Shown in pieces: positions 54,978 through 64,000 of a stretch of 64,000 nt of DNA; position 1 is the first letter of the stretch; each line of letters opens with the position of its first letter. The position numbers were made by a program, and so were the translations under genes. The stretch is from Dehalococcoidia bacterium. GTDB taxonomy: Bacteria; Chloroflexota; Dehalococcoidia; UBA2979. The stretch covers positions 672,001-736,000 of the forward strand of contig CAXXDN010000001.1 in assembly GCA_963667465.2 (NCBI GenBank). The letters are read 5' to 3'. A model generated the notes under the pieces. The model was not told the origin of the DNA. It made no database searches and saw only the letters and a program-made list of their open reading frames with translations.

Positions 54978-57900
54978 GCGTCACCGACCCGCAGCACGCG
55001 ATGCAGCGCGAGGCGCGCGTAGAGGAGCACGACGGCGAAGACGGTCAGCACGAACACGGCTCCGAGGATGCCCCAAACCAGCGTCACTTCCAATCGCGAG
55101 ACCGCGAGCGCGAACGGCGGGAGTACCTCGGCGCCGCGCTCGTCGAGCGCGAAGAAGTCCATCATCAGGCGTCCCACCTGCAGTCCCACGATCGTGCCGA
55201 GGCCCATGCCGGCGAGCACGACGAAGAGATGTTCCAGCAGCACCACGCCAAACACCTGCACGCGCGAGAAGCCGAGCGTGCGCAGTATTGCGAACTCCAG
55301 TCTCCGCTGCTGCGCCGTCAGGTACGAGTAGATCAGGAACCCGATCGCCGAGAGCAGCAGCACCGCCGCGAACGAGATCGCGAGGATGCCCTCCCAGCCC
55401 GCCGCGATCAGCGGGTCCTCCTCCTGGCGCTGCCGCTCGCCCTCGATGTCGATCACGAAGCGCGGCTGCAGCGCCGCGAGCGCCGCGCTCGTGGCCGGCG
55501 GATCGGCGGACTTGAACCAGGCGCTGTCCAGGGCCAGCGCCTCGCCGGGGAGCGCGGCGTTCGCGTCTACCTGCAGGCGGTTGGCGTGGATCAGCCCGAA
55601 CCCCATGCTGTCGTTGGCCTTGAACGTCGGAAACAGGTCGAACGATCCCGCGTAGCGCGCATCCAGGTACACGCCTCCGATGGTGATCCTCGCCTCGTCA
55701 CCGGGCGCCAGCAGCAGGCGCTGCGCGGTCTCGCTGGAGAGGAAGATCAGCGTGTCGCCTTCGGGGATCGCCTGGCGCACGCCGCGCTGGCGCGGCGGCC
55801 GCTGCTCGTCCAGCCACTCGTAGCGTAGCGAGGTCGTGAAGCCGGGCGGCGCGTCGGCCTCGGCGCGGATCGGGTCGCTGAGCTGGCGCGGGACCAGCCC
55901 CTGCAGCAGCTCGAAGCGGGGATCGGTGAACTCGTGCGCGAGTCGCGCGCCCTCGAACGGCTCGCTGGCCGGTTCAGCGTCGATCGGATCGAAGCCCGGC
56001 CCCGGCGGCAGTGGCGAGGTCATCGCGGGACCGAACAGCACGACGCCGCGCTGAGCGCCGATGGTGCTGCGCGTGCGGACCATGACCGCCTGCAGCACGA
56101 CCGGCGCCTCCAGCAGGGTGGGCTGATTGCGGCGCGAGAGTCCGCGCAGCTGCTGCAGGTCGACGGAGAAGAAGCGCCACTCCTCGGTGGCCGGCTCCTC
56201 CGGCCGCACCGTGCCGAGCCAGGCCTGGAAGAGCAGCCCGCGGTCGTCGCGGAAGACCGCGATCAGGTCCATCGCGGCCCGGATGTCGGGCAGCTTTGCC
56301 CACATCCCGACCTGGCGCGTGTCCGCGGGCAGCGGGGCGTACGTGACCGCCGTCGCGTTGCCCGCGAGTTCCTCCATCATCGAGTCGAGCGAGCGATCGG
56401 CGAAGTCGGAGCGGAACCAGGCGACCTCGCCGAAGGTCTCCGGCTCGATGGCGAGGATCTCGATGCGCGCGATGTCGCCGTTGGCGCTGACCGAGCCGCC
56501 CCGCCGGATCAGCGGGCTTGCCGTCTCCGCCGGGATCGCCGCGATCGCCTCGCGGAAGGCGGCGTCGCCCTTGCGATAGAGCCCGCGCAGATCGGTGGCG
56601 CGCGCGTCGGCTCCGGCCGTGTAGGCGGTGCGGTCGTCGTAGGAGCGGTCGAGCGTGGCGGAGAAGGTCGCCCCGAACATCCCGACGCCGGTGGCGAGCA
56701 TCAGCATCAGGATCAGCCGTGAGTAGTGCGTCGGGTTCCTCGCGAGAGCGCGCGTGCCGACCAGCAGGGCGACGCCGCGGCCTTGCGCCACCAGCCAGGC
56801 GGCGAGCCGCAGCACCAGCGGGAACAGCCTGAGGAAGACGATCCCGGCGGTCAGCATCGCCACTGCGGGGGTGGTGAGCAGGAACGGGTCTGCCTGCGGC
56901 TCGCCGAAGAGCGGCTCCTCGAACAGGTCGTCCTCGCGCCGCAGCCGCCAGAACACGATCGCGAGCAGCAGCACCAGCGCGACGTCGAGGTAGTAGCGCA
57001 GGAACAGCGGCTGCCGCCGCGGGCGCGCCGCGTTGTGCTTGAAGCCGATCACCGTCTGCCGTGTCGCCTGCCAGGCGGGGACCATGAAGGCGAGGAAGGC
57101 GAGCAGCGCCCCCGCGCCTGCCAGCGCGAACGACAGCGCGGAGAGATGGACCTCGAGCGGCGCGCCGCCGGAGAGGTCGGCGAACGCCGGCGTCGGTCCC
57201 AGCGCGGCGATCACCCCGGCCGCGATCGGCGGTCCGGCGCCGACGGCGAGCGCCGCGAGGATCGTGGCCTCGATCCCGTACAGCGCCAGCAACTGCGGGG
57301 TGGTCGCGCCGCGGCTGCGCAGCGTCGCGATCTCCTCGGCCTGCCGCTCGATCAGCATCGTCGAGACGACCAGCAGGTAGTAGGCGACGACGCCGCCGAT
57401 CTGCAGCAGCAGCACGAACAGCGGGATGCGTACGAAGAACAGCTTCTCGTCGAAGGTATCCAGCACCAGCGGGAGCGTTGTCTCGACGCGCAGCAGCCGC
57501 TCCGTCGCCCCGAGGCGGCCCTGCACGAGCGCCACGGCGGTGGACACGGAGGAGGCGATGCGCGAGTCGAGCCGTTCGGGCTCAACCTTGTAGACGTTGC
57601 GGTAGCGCGCCGTCATCGCTGGCAGCGCCCGGGGCGGTTCTCCGAAGAAGCCTTCCTCGGACACGAACAGCAGGTAGGTGACCCAGCGTGTCGTCTCCGA
57701 ATCGAGCAGGTCGGTCTCGCCGTTCCAGTAGCGTTCAGAGCGGTCGTTCGGCTCGAGCAGGCCGACGACCTGGACGCGGATCGGGGCGACGTCCTCGTCC
57801 CAGAAGGGGTGCAGGTCGAGCTGCTCGCCGACGCTGAAGCCCTGCGCCCGCGCCGTCGCGGCGCCGAGCATCACCTCGATCGCCCCGTCCGGCGTCAGGC

Positions 57901-58354
57901 CCGGCTGGGGCAGGCGCCCGGCGGTCAGCGTCGTGTGATCCAGCAGGTTCGTACGGAAGCGGAAGTTCGCGCGCGGTCGCCCCTGGTCCTCGAGATCGGG
58001 CGCGCCACCCGCAGCCGACGGGTAGAAGGTCGCGCTCGTACCCTGCCGCACGATCGCGCTGCCCGCCGGGCCGAGGGCGTCGCGTACGGCCTGGTCGACG
58101 CGTTGCTGCGACTCGGCGTAGAGGTGTGCGCGGATCGCGACGTTGGTCTGGGTAATGCGCAGATCGAGATCGTGGGGCGACTCTTGCTCCAGGGCGTGAT
58201 CGAGCCCCAGGTCGCGGATCGCGTCGGCGTAGATGACGGTCGAGGAGAGGATCGCGCCTGCCACGAGCGTGCCGACGACAACGCTGACGAGCAGCCGCCA
58301 ATTGCCGAGCATGCGGCGGACAGCGAGCACCGGGAGGGAACGGAATTGCCGCAC
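54974..58354 (-). CDS. Large FtsX-like ABC permease (1126 aa)
   Basis: EIATLRSRGAT and EFAILRTLGFS permease motifs with large extracytoplasmic domains. Confidence 0.9.
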   Translation of the reverse strand: MRQFRSLPVLAVRRMLGNWRLLVSVVVGTLVAGAILSSTVIYADAIRDLGLDHALEQESPHDLDLRITQTNVAIRAHLYAESQQRVDQAVRDALGPAGSAIVRQGTSATFYPSAAGGAPDLEDQGRPRANFRFRTNLLDHTTLTAGRLPQPGLTPDGAIEVMLGAATARAQGFSVGEQLDLHPFWDEDVAPIRVQVVGLLEPNDRSERYWNGETDLLDSETTRWVTYLLFVSEEGFFGEPPRALPAMTARYRNVYKVEPERLDSRIASSVSTAVALVQGRLGATERLLRVETTLPLVLDTFDEKLFFVRIPLFVLLLQIGGVVAYYLLVVSTMLIERQAEEIATLRSRGATTPQLLALYGIEATILAALAVGAGPPIAAGVIAALGPTPAFADLSGGAPLEVHLSALSFALAGAGALLAFLAFMVPAWQATRQTVIGFKHNAARPRRQPLFLRYYLDVALVLLLAIVFWRLRREDDLFEEPLFGEPQADPFLLTTPAVAMLTAGIVFLRLFPLVLRLAAWLVAQGRGVALLVGTRALARNPTHYSRLILMLMLATGVGMFGATFSATLDRSYDDRTAYTAGADARATDLRGLYRKGDAAFREAIAAIPAETASPLIRRGGSVSANGDIARIEILAIEPETFGEVAWFRSDFADRSLDSMMEELAGNATAVTYAPLPADTRQVGMWAKLPDIRAAMDLIAVFRDDRGLLFQAWLGTVRPEEPATEEWRFFSVDLQQLRGLSRRNQPTLLEAPVVLQAVMVRTRSTIGAQRGVVLFGPAMTSPLPPGPGFDPIDAEPASEPFEGARLAHEFTDPRFELLQGLVPRQLSDPIRAEADAPPGFTTSLRYEWLDEQRPPRQRGVRQAIPEGDTLIFLSSETAQRLLLAPGDEARITIGGVYLDARYAGSFDLFPTFKANDSMGFGLIHANRLQVDANAALPGEALALDSAWFKSADPPATSAALAALQPRFVIDIEGERQRQEEDPLIAAGWEGILAISFAAVLLLSAIGFLIYSYLTAQQRRLEFAILRTLGFSRVQVFGVVLLEHLFVVLAGMGLGTIVGLQVGRLMMDFFALDERGAEVLPPFALAVSRLEVTLVWGILGAVFVLTVFAVVLLYARLALHRVLRVGDA

Positions 58355-58432
58355 GTCGCGGATTCTACGCGGGCGCCCGGATTCGCGCCCTCCCGGCGGG
58401 TGTCAGAGGCCGCCGCCCGCTAAACTGCGGCC

Positions 58433-61400
58433 GTGGGCGAGCTCTTCTCCGTCTGGCGCTTCGCGCTGCGGCGCTTCGCTGCGAACTGGCCGCTGATGCT
58501 GCTGGTCGGGGCCGGCGCGCTGCTGGCCACCACCGTGCTGGCCGCCGCCCCGATCTACACCGACACGATGTCCGACATCGGCCTGCGTTTCCGCCTGGAC
58601 CGCGAGCTGGACAAGCCGAGCGAGCGAGCGGTCGGCCTCTACGCCGACGGGCTCCGCCTCGGCGACCCGGTGCAGCTGGCGCAGACGCGGGCCTTCCGCG
58701 AGGTCACCGAGGCGCGCGTCGGCTGGCTGGGGCCGGAGATCCTCGTCGAGCAGCGGTCCAATCCGGCGGTGGTGAGCTTCGTCTCCGCCGCTGACGGTTC
58801 GGAGCGGCGCAGCTGGCCCGGCCGGCTGGTCCACCTCAGCGGCTACGAGAACCACGTCGAGGTCGTCGCGGGCCGCCTGCCCTCGCCGCGTGCGGAGGTT
58901 GCCGAGGTGGTGCTCCCGGACGGCTTCCAGCGCGAAGCCGCCGTGGGCGACCGCATCCTGATCACGGCGGGGCGTTACGACGACTGCCGCCGCGTGCCGC
59001 CCGCCGAGGACGCGGAGGTGGCGGCCGACGAGGTGATCTGCCGGCCGACCACGTTCGTGGCCGCGAGCCTCAACGCGGAGGTCGTCGGCTTCGTGCGACC
59101 CAACGACCCCGCCGACCTGCGCTGGCAGTTCTTCGAGGACGGCTGGTCGGTCCCCGCCGAGCCGCCGCGAGGCCGCTCCTTCTTCGGCCCGAGCGGGGGC
59201 ATGCCGCTGCTCACCTCCGGCGAGTACTTCTCCGGGGCGCTCACCACGCAGCTGCCGGAGCTGCTTTCGCGCTACCGCGCGGGCGTCGTGCCGGACCTGC
59301 AGGGCCTGGCCGTGCGCGATGTTCCGCGCGCGCTCGACGACCTCGCGCTCTGGCCGAGCGACCTGCGGGACGGCCTCGGCCTCTTCGTGGGCGGGCGGAT
59401 CGAGTTCGCCGAGGCGCTCGCCCAGTTCCGTAACTCCAGCACCTTCTCGCAGGTGCCGCTGCTGCTGCTGCTTTTGCAGGTCGCGGGCGTCGTCGCCTTC
59501 TACATCGTCGTGCTGACGGCGCTCGCCCGCGAGCGGCAGGCGCAGGAAGTGGCGGTCTACCGCAGCCGCGGCGCCAGCACCGCGCAGTTGCTGGGGCTGA
59601 CGCTGGCCGAGGGCCTGCTGATCGCCGTGCCGGCGGCGCTGCTCGGACCGCTGCTCGCCGTGCTCGCCGTCTCCGCGCTCGGCTACACGCCGGCCTTCGC
59701 CGCGATCACGGGTGGCGAGGCCCTCTCCGCGTCGTTCAGCGAGGACGCCGTGCTGCTCGCCGCCGCCGGTGCAGTGCTCGCCCTCGTGGCGATGCTGCTG
59801 CCGGCGATCGGCGCGGTGCGCCGCGCGATCGTCGATGCGAAGCGCGAGCAGGCGCGACCGCCCGGGCGCAACTGGTTCCGCCGCTACCACCTGGACCTCG
59901 GGCTGGTCGCGCTCGCCGTGTTGCTGTTCTGGCAGCTCGAACGCCGCGGCGCGGTCTTCGACCCGCAATCGGTCGGCGGCTGGCAGGCGGACCCGTTGCT
60001 CCTGCTCTCGCCGCTGGTGATGACCGCGGCGGCGGCCGTGCTGGTGCTGCGCCTCTACTCGCCGCTGCTGCGGCTGATCGCCTGGCTGCTGCGACCGTTG
60101 CGAGGCACCGCCGTCACGCTCGGCATCGGGCGCGCCGGGCGCGACCCGGCGGCCAGCGCGCGCCTGTTGCTGCTCGTCTCCACGGCGGTCGCCGTCGGCG
60201 CCTTCGCCGCCTCCTACGCGCCGACCGTGGACCAGTCGTTCGCGGACCGCGCGCGCTACAGCTACGGCGTCGACCTGCGCTCCAGCGTGGCCGGCTTCGA
60301 GGGGGCGGAGGCCGACGCGGGGCTGGCCCGGCTGCGCGCGCAGGAGGGTGTCGAGCAGGCGCTGGTCGTCCATCGCAGCTCGGCCGGGCTGCCCGGCGGA
60401 GGGCAGGTCCGGCTGTTGGCGATCGACGACCGCGAGGCCGCCGCCTCGATGCTCTGGTTCCGCGAGGACTTCGCGGACGAGCCGCCGGCGCGCCTGCTCT
60501 CGCGCCTGGACCTCGGCGTGCCGCTCGAGAACGGGATCGCGCTGCCCGACGACACGATCGGCTTCGCTCTTGACGTGTACGCGGAGATCACGCCGCGCAC
60601 GGGGCGGCTGCGAGCCTGGGTGGTGGACGCCGCCGGCAAGTACCACGAGGCTGTCTTCGGCGCACCCGTCGCCGGGGAATGGGTGGAGCTCGAGGCCCAG
60701 TTCCGGACCGTCCCGACCCCGCCGCTCGCGCTCGTGAGCCTGCAGACCACGGACCGCCGCATCCTCGTCAACAACGACGGCGCGCTCTTCCTCGACGATC
60801 TGACCGCGCGGCGCAGCGGCGGGGAGCGCGTGCTGGTCGAGGACTTCGAGGGCGAGTTCGACTGGACGATGTACTCGCAGGGCGGGTCGTCCGAGACGTT
60901 CGGACCCTCCGACGAGCGCGCGCAGTCCGGCCAGCAATCGGCGCGCTGGACCTGGACGCGGGAGGTCGGGGAGCGCTCGCGCGTCTTCGCGCCGATCAAT
61001 CCCGCGGTCCCGGTGAACGCGATCTTCAGCGAGAACGCGCTGGCGTTCTTCGGCGTGCAGCCGGGCGGGCGGGCAACCGCGCTCCTCGGCGATGGGTTCG
61101 AGGCGCCGCTGATCGCGCGCGGCTCGGCGCGGCTCTTCCCCACACTCGACCCCTCCGGCTTCGTCGTCGTCGACTACGAGCAATTCCGCGTGCTCACCGG
61201 CGCGATCGCCGCCGAGGGCCAGCGCAAGCCGAGCGAGCTGTGGATCGACTTCGCGGAGGGCGTCACGATCGAGCAGCAGCTGGCCGTTTCCGCCCTCACG
61301 CAGGATCCGGAGTGGATCGGATTCGAGGTCGGCGAGCCGTTGCTGCTGGCCGATCGCCTCGACGAGATCGCCGCGGATCCCACGCTGCAGGCTTCGGGTG

Positions 61401-61816
61401 GCGGCATCCTGCTGCTGGCGTTCGCCGGGGCGATGGGGGCGGCGCTGCTCGGCTTCGTCGTCTCGCTGGCGATCACGCTGCGCGGCCGCACCGTGGAGGT
61501 GGCCGTGCTGCGCTCGCTCGGCGCCTCGCGGCGGGAGCTGCTGCGCGCGTTCGCCTTCGAGTGGGGCGTGGTGCTGCTCTTCGGATCGCTGATCGGCGTG
61601 CTGCTGGGCCGCTGGATCTCGCGGCTGATGCTGCAGTTCCTGGAGGTCACGGAGACGGGTACGCGGGTGGTGCCGGAGTTCTCCGTGCAGACAGAGTGGC
61701 CACTGCTCTCGATCGGCGTGGCCCTGCTGGTCCTCGCGGCCACGTTGACGCTCTGGACGGCCTGGCGAGCGGTGCTGCGGCGCGCGGGCGCCGGCGCGTT
61801 GCGACTGACGCAGTAG
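58433..61816 (+). CDS. Large FtsX-like ABC permease (1127 aa), paralogue of the divergent gene
   Basis: EVAVYRSRGAST and EVAVLRSLGAS; shared WFR.DFAD motif. Confidence 0.9.
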   Translation: MGELFSVWRFALRRFAANWPLMLLVGAGALLATTVLAAAPIYTDTMSDIGLRFRLDRELDKPSERAVGLYADGLRLGDPVQLAQTRAFREVTEARVGWLGPEILVEQRSNPAVVSFVSAADGSERRSWPGRLVHLSGYENHVEVVAGRLPSPRAEVAEVVLPDGFQREAAVGDRILITAGRYDDCRRVPPAEDAEVAADEVICRPTTFVAASLNAEVVGFVRPNDPADLRWQFFEDGWSVPAEPPRGRSFFGPSGGMPLLTSGEYFSGALTTQLPELLSRYRAGVVPDLQGLAVRDVPRALDDLALWPSDLRDGLGLFVGGRIEFAEALAQFRNSSTFSQVPLLLLLLQVAGVVAFYIVVLTALARERQAQEVAVYRSRGASTAQLLGLTLAEGLLIAVPAALLGPLLAVLAVSALGYTPAFAAITGGEALSASFSEDAVLLAAAGAVLALVAMLLPAIGAVRRAIVDAKREQARPPGRNWFRRYHLDLGLVALAVLLFWQLERRGAVFDPQSVGGWQADPLLLLSPLVMTAAAAVLVLRLYSPLLRLIAWLLRPLRGTAVTLGIGRAGRDPAASARLLLLVSTAVAVGAFAASYAPTVDQSFADRARYSYGVDLRSSVAGFEGAEADAGLARLRAQEGVEQALVVHRSSAGLPGGGQVRLLAIDDREAAASMLWFREDFADEPPARLLSRLDLGVPLENGIALPDDTIGFALDVYAEITPRTGRLRAWVVDAAGKYHEAVFGAPVAGEWVELEAQFRTVPTPPLALVSLQTTDRRILVNNDGALFLDDLTARRSGGERVLVEDFEGEFDWTMYSQGGSSETFGPSDERAQSGQQSARWTWTREVGERSRVFAPINPAVPVNAIFSENALAFFGVQPGGRATALLGDGFEAPLIARGSARLFPTLDPSGFVVVDYEQFRVLTGAIAAEGQRKPSELWIDFAEGVTIEQQLAVSALTQDPEWIGFEVGEPLLLADRLDEIAADPTLQASGGGILLLAFAGAMGAALLGFVVSLAITLRGRTVEVAVLRSLGASRRELLRAFAFEWGVVLLFGSLIGVLLGRWISRLMLQFLEVTETGTRVVPEFSVQTEWPLLSIGVALLVLAATLTLWTAWRAVLRRAGAGALRLTQ

Positions 61817-61835
61817 CAGGCGGCGAGGGAGGACG

Positions 61836-62243
61836 GTGAGCATGATCCCTGCCTGGCGCTGGCGCTCCGTGGCGACGACCGGCTTCGTGCTCGCCGTCGT
61901 GTTCGCGGCGAGCGCCGCCGGCGGCTTTCTGCTGGAGCACGAGCCCGTCCCCGACGAGCGCCGCATCTTCATCGACCGTGAGGCGCCCCCGCCCGGCCCG
62001 CGCGAGTTCAGCGGCGGCGAGGTGACGGAGGTCGGCGGCGGCCGGATCGCGATCCGCACGCCCGAGGGCAGCGCCGAATTCGAGCTGCATCCCGGCGCGT
62101 CCAGCGAGGAGCTGCGCCGCACCACGGAGCCGCGCTTCGCGCCCGGCGACGCCGTCAACCTCGGCGGGGAGCAGAGCGACTTCGGCCTCGTGCTCACCGG
62201 CGTGGTGGCGCTCGAACCGGCAAACGAGGACGTGTGGCCGTGA
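61836..62243 (+). CDS. Hypothetical membrane-anchored protein
   Basis: N-terminal TM and beta-rich C-terminus; GGAGG RBS. Confidence 0.7.
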   Translation: MSMIPAWRWRSVATTGFVLAVVFAASAAGGFLLEHEPVPDERRIFIDREAPPPGPREFSGGEVTEVGGGRIAIRTPEGSAEFELHPGASSEELRRTTEPRFAPGDAVNLGGEQSDFGLVLTGVVALEPANEDVWP

Positions 62244-62728
62244 GCGCGCGCGAGCGCCGGTCGGCGCGGCGCCTGCCGTGGGCGCTGGTGGCCGCGATCA
62301 CGATCGCCGCCATCACCGCCGCCGCCCTCGGTGGCCTCTCGCTCGGCCGGTGGGCCGGCGCGCGCGCGAGCGAGCCGACGGTCGTGCAGCTCGTGATCGA
62401 GGATCCGGCGCTGTCCGCCGCGCCCGCGATCGAGGGCTGGATCTCGGACGGCGGATTCACCGGCTTTGGCGGGCTGCCTGCGCTGCCGGGCGAGGTCTGG
62501 CGGCGGGCGCGCGTCATCGAGTCGGAGCCCGGCCGCCTCGTGATCGACTCGCAGGGCACGACGACGACGGTTAGCTTCAGCCAGCCGCTGCGCCTCTTCG
62601 AGATCGCGCCGCTGGACGCCGTCGAGGTTGGCGACATCGCCGTGCTGCGCTTCGTCGACGGGGTCGTGGAGGCGGTGCTGGTCGTGCCGCCGGACCTGGA
62701 GCAGGGCAGCGGTGTTTCGTCCCCGTAG
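62240..62728 (+). CDS. Hypothetical membrane-anchored protein
   Basis: N-terminal TM and beta-rich C-terminus; GTGA overlap with the previous gene. Confidence 0.7.
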   Translation: MSARERRSARRLPWALVAAITIAAITAAALGGLSLGRWAGARASEPTVVQLVIEDPALSAAPAIEGWISDGGFTGFGGLPALPGEVWRRARVIESEPGRLVIDSQGTTTTVSFSQPLRLFEIAPLDAVEVGDIAVLRFVDGVVEAVLVVPPDLEQGSGVSSP

Positions 62729-62731
62729 CAG

Positions 62732-63787
62732 GTGGAGCGCGGCGTGACGCCCTCGGCGGCGCCAGCGTCCGAAGCGCGCCCGGTGGACCTTGGCCCGCAG
62801 CGCCTCAGCCCGCAGCGGCTGGGGCGGATCCGCTCGTTGCTGCTCACCTGGTACGAGGTCCACGGCGAGGACTTCCCCTGGCGGGACGCGCGCAACCCCT
62901 ACTGGGCGCTGGTCGCGGGTGTCTGCTCGCAGCAGACGCAGATGCGGCGCGTGCTCCCGCTCTGGCGGCGCTGGATCAAGGCGTTCCCGGCGCTCGAATC
63001 CCTCGCGACGGCCGATCGCGCCGAGGTGCTGCGCGTCTGGGGAAACGCCGGCTACCCGCGGCGCGCGCTGCACCTGCAGGAGGCCGCGCGCCGTTGCCGC
63101 GACTTGCATGGCGGGCGGTTGCCTCGCGACGAGGCGGCGCTGCTCGCGTTGCCCGGCGTCGGGCCGTTCACCGCCGCGATTGTGCGCAGCTTCGGCTTCG
63201 GCGAGGACGCACCCGCCCTCGACACGAACGTTGCGAGGGTGCTGGGGCGGCTGCTGCACGGCGACCTCCAGCCGGCGCGCGAGACGCCCCCGGCGGCGCT
63301 GCGGGAGGGCGCGCGGCGGCTGCTGCGGCCGGGCACGGCCGCGCGCTGGAACCCCGCGCTCATGGACTACGGTGCGCGTGTCTGCCTGCCCCGCCCGCGC
63401 TGCGAGGAGTGCGTGGTCGCCTCCTGGTGCGCGGCGCGCCCGCGCTTCGCAGCGGGTGAGCAGGCCGAGCCGCTGCGCGCACAGCCGCCCTTCGAGGGCT
63501 CCGACCGGCAGTGGCGGGGCCGCATCCTGGCCGCGCTGCGTGCAGCGCCGCAGCCTCAGCCGGTGGAGGGACTGCTGGGGACGCTGCGCGAGAGCGGGAG
63601 ACGGGGCACGCCCTCGCCGGCGCGGCTGCGGAGGCTGCTCGATCGCCTCTGCGCGGAGGGCTTCGCGTGGCGGCGCGGCGGCTGCTGTGGCCTCGGCGCG
63701 CCGCCCGGGGAGGACGCGACGGGCGCGGACGGTCCCGACTCTGCTAGCCTGCTCGCCGCGAGCGACGGGAGGGGTGACGATGGCTGA
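62732..63787 (+). CDS. MutY-like HhH-GPD DNA glycosylase with Fe-S cluster (atypical active site)
   Basis: FPWR, QQTQ, GYPRRA..L, LPGVGPFT, DTNV.R, CxxxxxCxxCxxxxxC. Confidence 0.85.
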   Translation: MERGVTPSAAPASEARPVDLGPQRLSPQRLGRIRSLLLTWYEVHGEDFPWRDARNPYWALVAGVCSQQTQMRRVLPLWRRWIKAFPALESLATADRAEVLRVWGNAGYPRRALHLQEAARRCRDLHGGRLPRDEAALLALPGVGPFTAAIVRSFGFGEDAPALDTNVARVLGRLLHGDLQPARETPPAALREGARRLLRPGTAARWNPALMDYGARVCLPRPRCEECVVASWCAARPRFAAGEQAEPLRAQPPFEGSDRQWRGRILAALRAAPQPQPVEGLLGTLRESGRRGTPSPARLRRLLDRLCAEGFAWRRGGCCGLGAPPGEDATGADGPDSASLLAASDGRGDDG

Positions 63788-64000
63788 GTCCGGCGACCGC
63801 ATGGTCTACGACGACGGCGACGTGACAATCGAGATGCTCAGCGACGTCGGCCCGTACGGGAACGACGCCTACATCGTGCGGCCCGCCGGTGGCGGCGGGG
63901 TCACACTGATCGACGTACCCGGCGGCTACGAGGTGGTGCTCGAGGCACTCGGCGACGCGCCAGTCGAGCGTGTCGTTGTGACGCACTCGCACCGCGATCA
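63780..64000 (+). CDS. MBL-fold metallo-hydrolase, 3'-truncated by window edge
   Basis: GGAGG RBS; GPYGNDAYIV...LID...THSHRD. Confidence 0.85.
   Translation, partial: MAESGDRMVYDDGDVTIEMLSDVGPYGNDAYIVRPAGGGGVTLIDVPGGYEVVLEALGDAPVERVVVTHSHRD

Noticed and set aside
58403-63802. 1799-aa minus-strand ORF, and other long antisense ORFs such as 19945..22638, 32146..34659 and 2889..5042
   Set aside because: Shadow frames opposite well-supported genes; Arg/Ala/Gly-rich with no motifs, as expected in high-GC DNA.
1-64000. tRNA/rRNA genes, prophage, integron or biosynthetic gene cluster
   Set aside because: No recognisable RNA gene, phage gene, integrase or attC array was seen; fabF is a lone housekeeping gene.

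Overview
Very GC-rich bacterial chromosomal window. The gene content most resembles Chloroflexota (Dehalococcoidia/SAR202-like); this is an inference from the expanded class III CoA-transferases, LLM/F420-type oxidoreductases, SDRs and FBP aldolase/phosphatase. Housekeeping genes (tsaD, fabF, folC, fbp, a mutY-like gene) sit among catabolic paralogues: 8 CaiB/BaiF genes (9 domains), 4 tandem SDRs, 3 LLM enzymes, 5 MFS transporters and a divergent pair of giant FtsX-type permeases. Small accessory inserts are frequent: five TA pairs, a Fic gene, a solitary nuclease, gene remnants and a REP-like repeat family. Main observations: (1) a rhodanese-CBS gene split in the ORF track by an in-frame UGA, followed by a SECIS-like hairpin, so probably a selenoprotein; (2) a methylase-free HsdR_N-type nuclease fused to two SeqA-like domains, a candidate modification-dependent restriction enzyme, followed by an acyl-CoA dehydrogenase 3' scar; (3) a mosaic array of four 245-aa SDRs, each preceded by a copy of the same promoter-like motif; (4) apparent catalytic/non-catalytic CoA-transferase pairs; (5) a MutY homologue lacking the catalytic Glu; (6) a probable CTG start codon and frequent leaderless promoters. 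I found no rRNA, tRNA, CRISPR array, integrase or intact transposase. All family assignments come from motif recognition, not database searches.
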